From positions 1 through 35,400 of the forward strand of contig JBDRNY010000025.1 of assembly GCA_043810635.1 (NCBI GenBank): a stretch of 35,400 nucleotides of DNA, in the 5' to 3' direction. The notes under the pieces were generated by a model. That model saw nothing but the letters and a program-made list of their open reading frames with translations, made no database searches and was not told where the DNA came from. Position 1 is the stretch's first letter. Every line of letters starts with the position of its first letter. This stretch comes from Candidatus Micrarchaeota archaeon (GTDB lineage: Archaea > Micrarchaeota > Micrarchaeia > Anstonellales > Anstonellaceae). This document shows positions 34,259-35,400 of this stretch, piece after piece. The translations under genes and the position numbers were made by a program.

Positions 34259-35400
34259 ATGGCTTACGGCGGCTATTCAGATTATTTAAAATTGCATTGG
34301 GAGCCGGAGCCAGAAAAATATTTAACCGCAACATTTACCCTCCGCCCTGCAAAAAACAAATCTCTTCGCGCAGCAGCAGAAGCAACTGCAGCAGAAAGTT
34401 CCATAGGCACCTGGACTTCTCTTTCCACAATGGAAAAAAGGGTGCTTTCGCATTTGCAGGCAAAAGTATTTTCTATAAACCATAAAAAAAAGCAAATAAA
34501 AATTGCCTACCCAGTAGAATTATTCGAACCAAATAATGCAGCCCAATTATTATCCGACATTGCAGGAAATATTTTCGGCATGAAAGAAATTAAATCAATA
34601 AGATTGGAAGATTTCACAGCACCAACACATTATACAAATTCTTTTCCCGGCCCTGCATTTGGAATGTTTGGAATAAGACAAATAATTGGCACCACAAAAA
34701 TTTCACGCCCCCATTTAGGCACAATTGTAAAACCAAAAGTAGGCCTCTCCCCGAAAGAAAGCGCAAAAGTTGCATATGATGCATGGAGCGGAGGATTGGA
34801 TTTGGTAAAAGATGATGAAAACCTCACTTCCCATCCATTTTCAAATTTTGAATCCCGCATTTCCCATATGCTTGATGCAAAAGACAAAGTAGAAAGCAAA
34901 TGCGGAAAAAAGAAAATATATGCTCCAAATATTACAGCACCCGCGCATATTATGCTAAAGCGAGCTGAATTAGTAAAAGAAATGGGAGGAAAATGCATAA
35001 TGATAGATATATTGACAGCAGGCTTTTCTTCCCTCCAATTCATTCGCAGCCAAAATTTGAATTTATTTATTCATGCACACAGGGCAATGCATGCCGCCAT
35101 CACCCGCAACAAATTTCATGGAATTTCCATGCTTGCTTTGGCAAAATTATCAAGAATGTGCGGATGCGACCAATTGCATATTGGCGCAGTATTAGGAAAA
35201 ATGGAAGGAGGAAAAAAAGAAGTATTGCAAATACATAATGCAATTAATAGCAAAATGGGGCACCTCAATTCAGTATTTTCAGTATGCTCAGGAGGGCTTT
35301 CCCCCCTTCATATACCTGAATTAATTCAAATATTTGGAAGAAATATTATAATACAGGCAGGAGGAGGGGTGCACGGCCATCCCAAAGGCACGCGCGCAGG
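34259..35400 (+). CDS. rbcL: Form III-type RuBisCO large subunit (3'-partial, runs off the window)
   Basis: Manual translation from ATG 34259 (GGGGTG SD) is open to the window end: AAESSIGTW, GNIFG, KPKVG, DLVKDDEN, HAHRAMH, LHIG..GKM, SGG, QAGGGVHGHP. Confidence 0.95.
   Translation, partial: MAYGGYSDYLKLHWEPEPEKYLTATFTLRPAKNKSLRAAAEATAAESSIGTWTSLSTMEKRVLSHLQAKVFSINHKKKQIKIAYPVELFEPNNAAQLLSDIAGNIFGMKEIKSIRLEDFTAPTHYTNSFPGPAFGMFGIRQIIGTTKISRPHLGTIVKPKVGLSPKESAKVAYDAWSGGLDLVKDDENLTSHPFSNFESRISHMLDAKDKVESKCGKKKIYAPNITAPAHIMLKRAELVKEMGGKCIMIDILTAGFSSLQFIRSQNLNLFIHAHRAMHAAITRNKFHGISMLALAKLSRMCGCDQLHIGAVLGKMEGGKKEVLQIHNAINSKMGHLNSVFSVCSGGLSPLHIPELIQIFGRNIIIQAGGGVHGHPKGTRA

Noticed and set aside
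34137..35238. Short ORFs listed at the right end (34137..34334, 34153..34485, 34630..35043, 34993..35238)
   Set aside because: They are out-of-frame or antisense to the RuBisCO frame starting at 34259.

Overview
AT-rich archaeal chromosomal window. Its gene content and style suggest a DPANN archaeon, possibly Micrarchaeota; this is an inference and cannot be proven from the window. From left to right: a short DpnI-like nuclease; two translationally coupled paralogs resembling the tocopherol-cyclase/CrtC beta-barrel fold, divergent from a geranylgeranyl-reductase-family flavoprotein; CorA; a Kazal-DUF333-Kazal lipoprotein; TrkH/TrkA; ATP-dependent DNA ligase with an extra ~94-aa insert; nitroreductase; AsnRS; orphans; FAD synthase; a frameshifted DUF2683-like remnant; a wHTH protein; a head-to-head pair of KaiC-like ATPases (one intact, one degenerate); an FNR-like reductase; a complete A-type ATP synthase operon (H-I-K-E-C-F-A-B-D) with a 524-aa LAGLIDADG intein in A and strongly charged C-terminal tails on E, B and D; a P-type IIA ATPase; tRNA-Gln(TTG); a DUF6516/HVO_A0114-type TA-like operon; ProRS; a hicBA cassette flanked by 27-bp direct repeats; and a form III RuBisCO running off the right edge (missing from the ORF track). 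The best candidates for something undescribed are the cyclase-like pair plus GGR module, the polybasic tails on ATP synthase subunits E and D, the active/pseudo-ATPase KaiC pair, and the minimal DpnI-like nuclease in a strongly GATC-depleted region. All family calls come from recognising motifs by eye; no searches were run.
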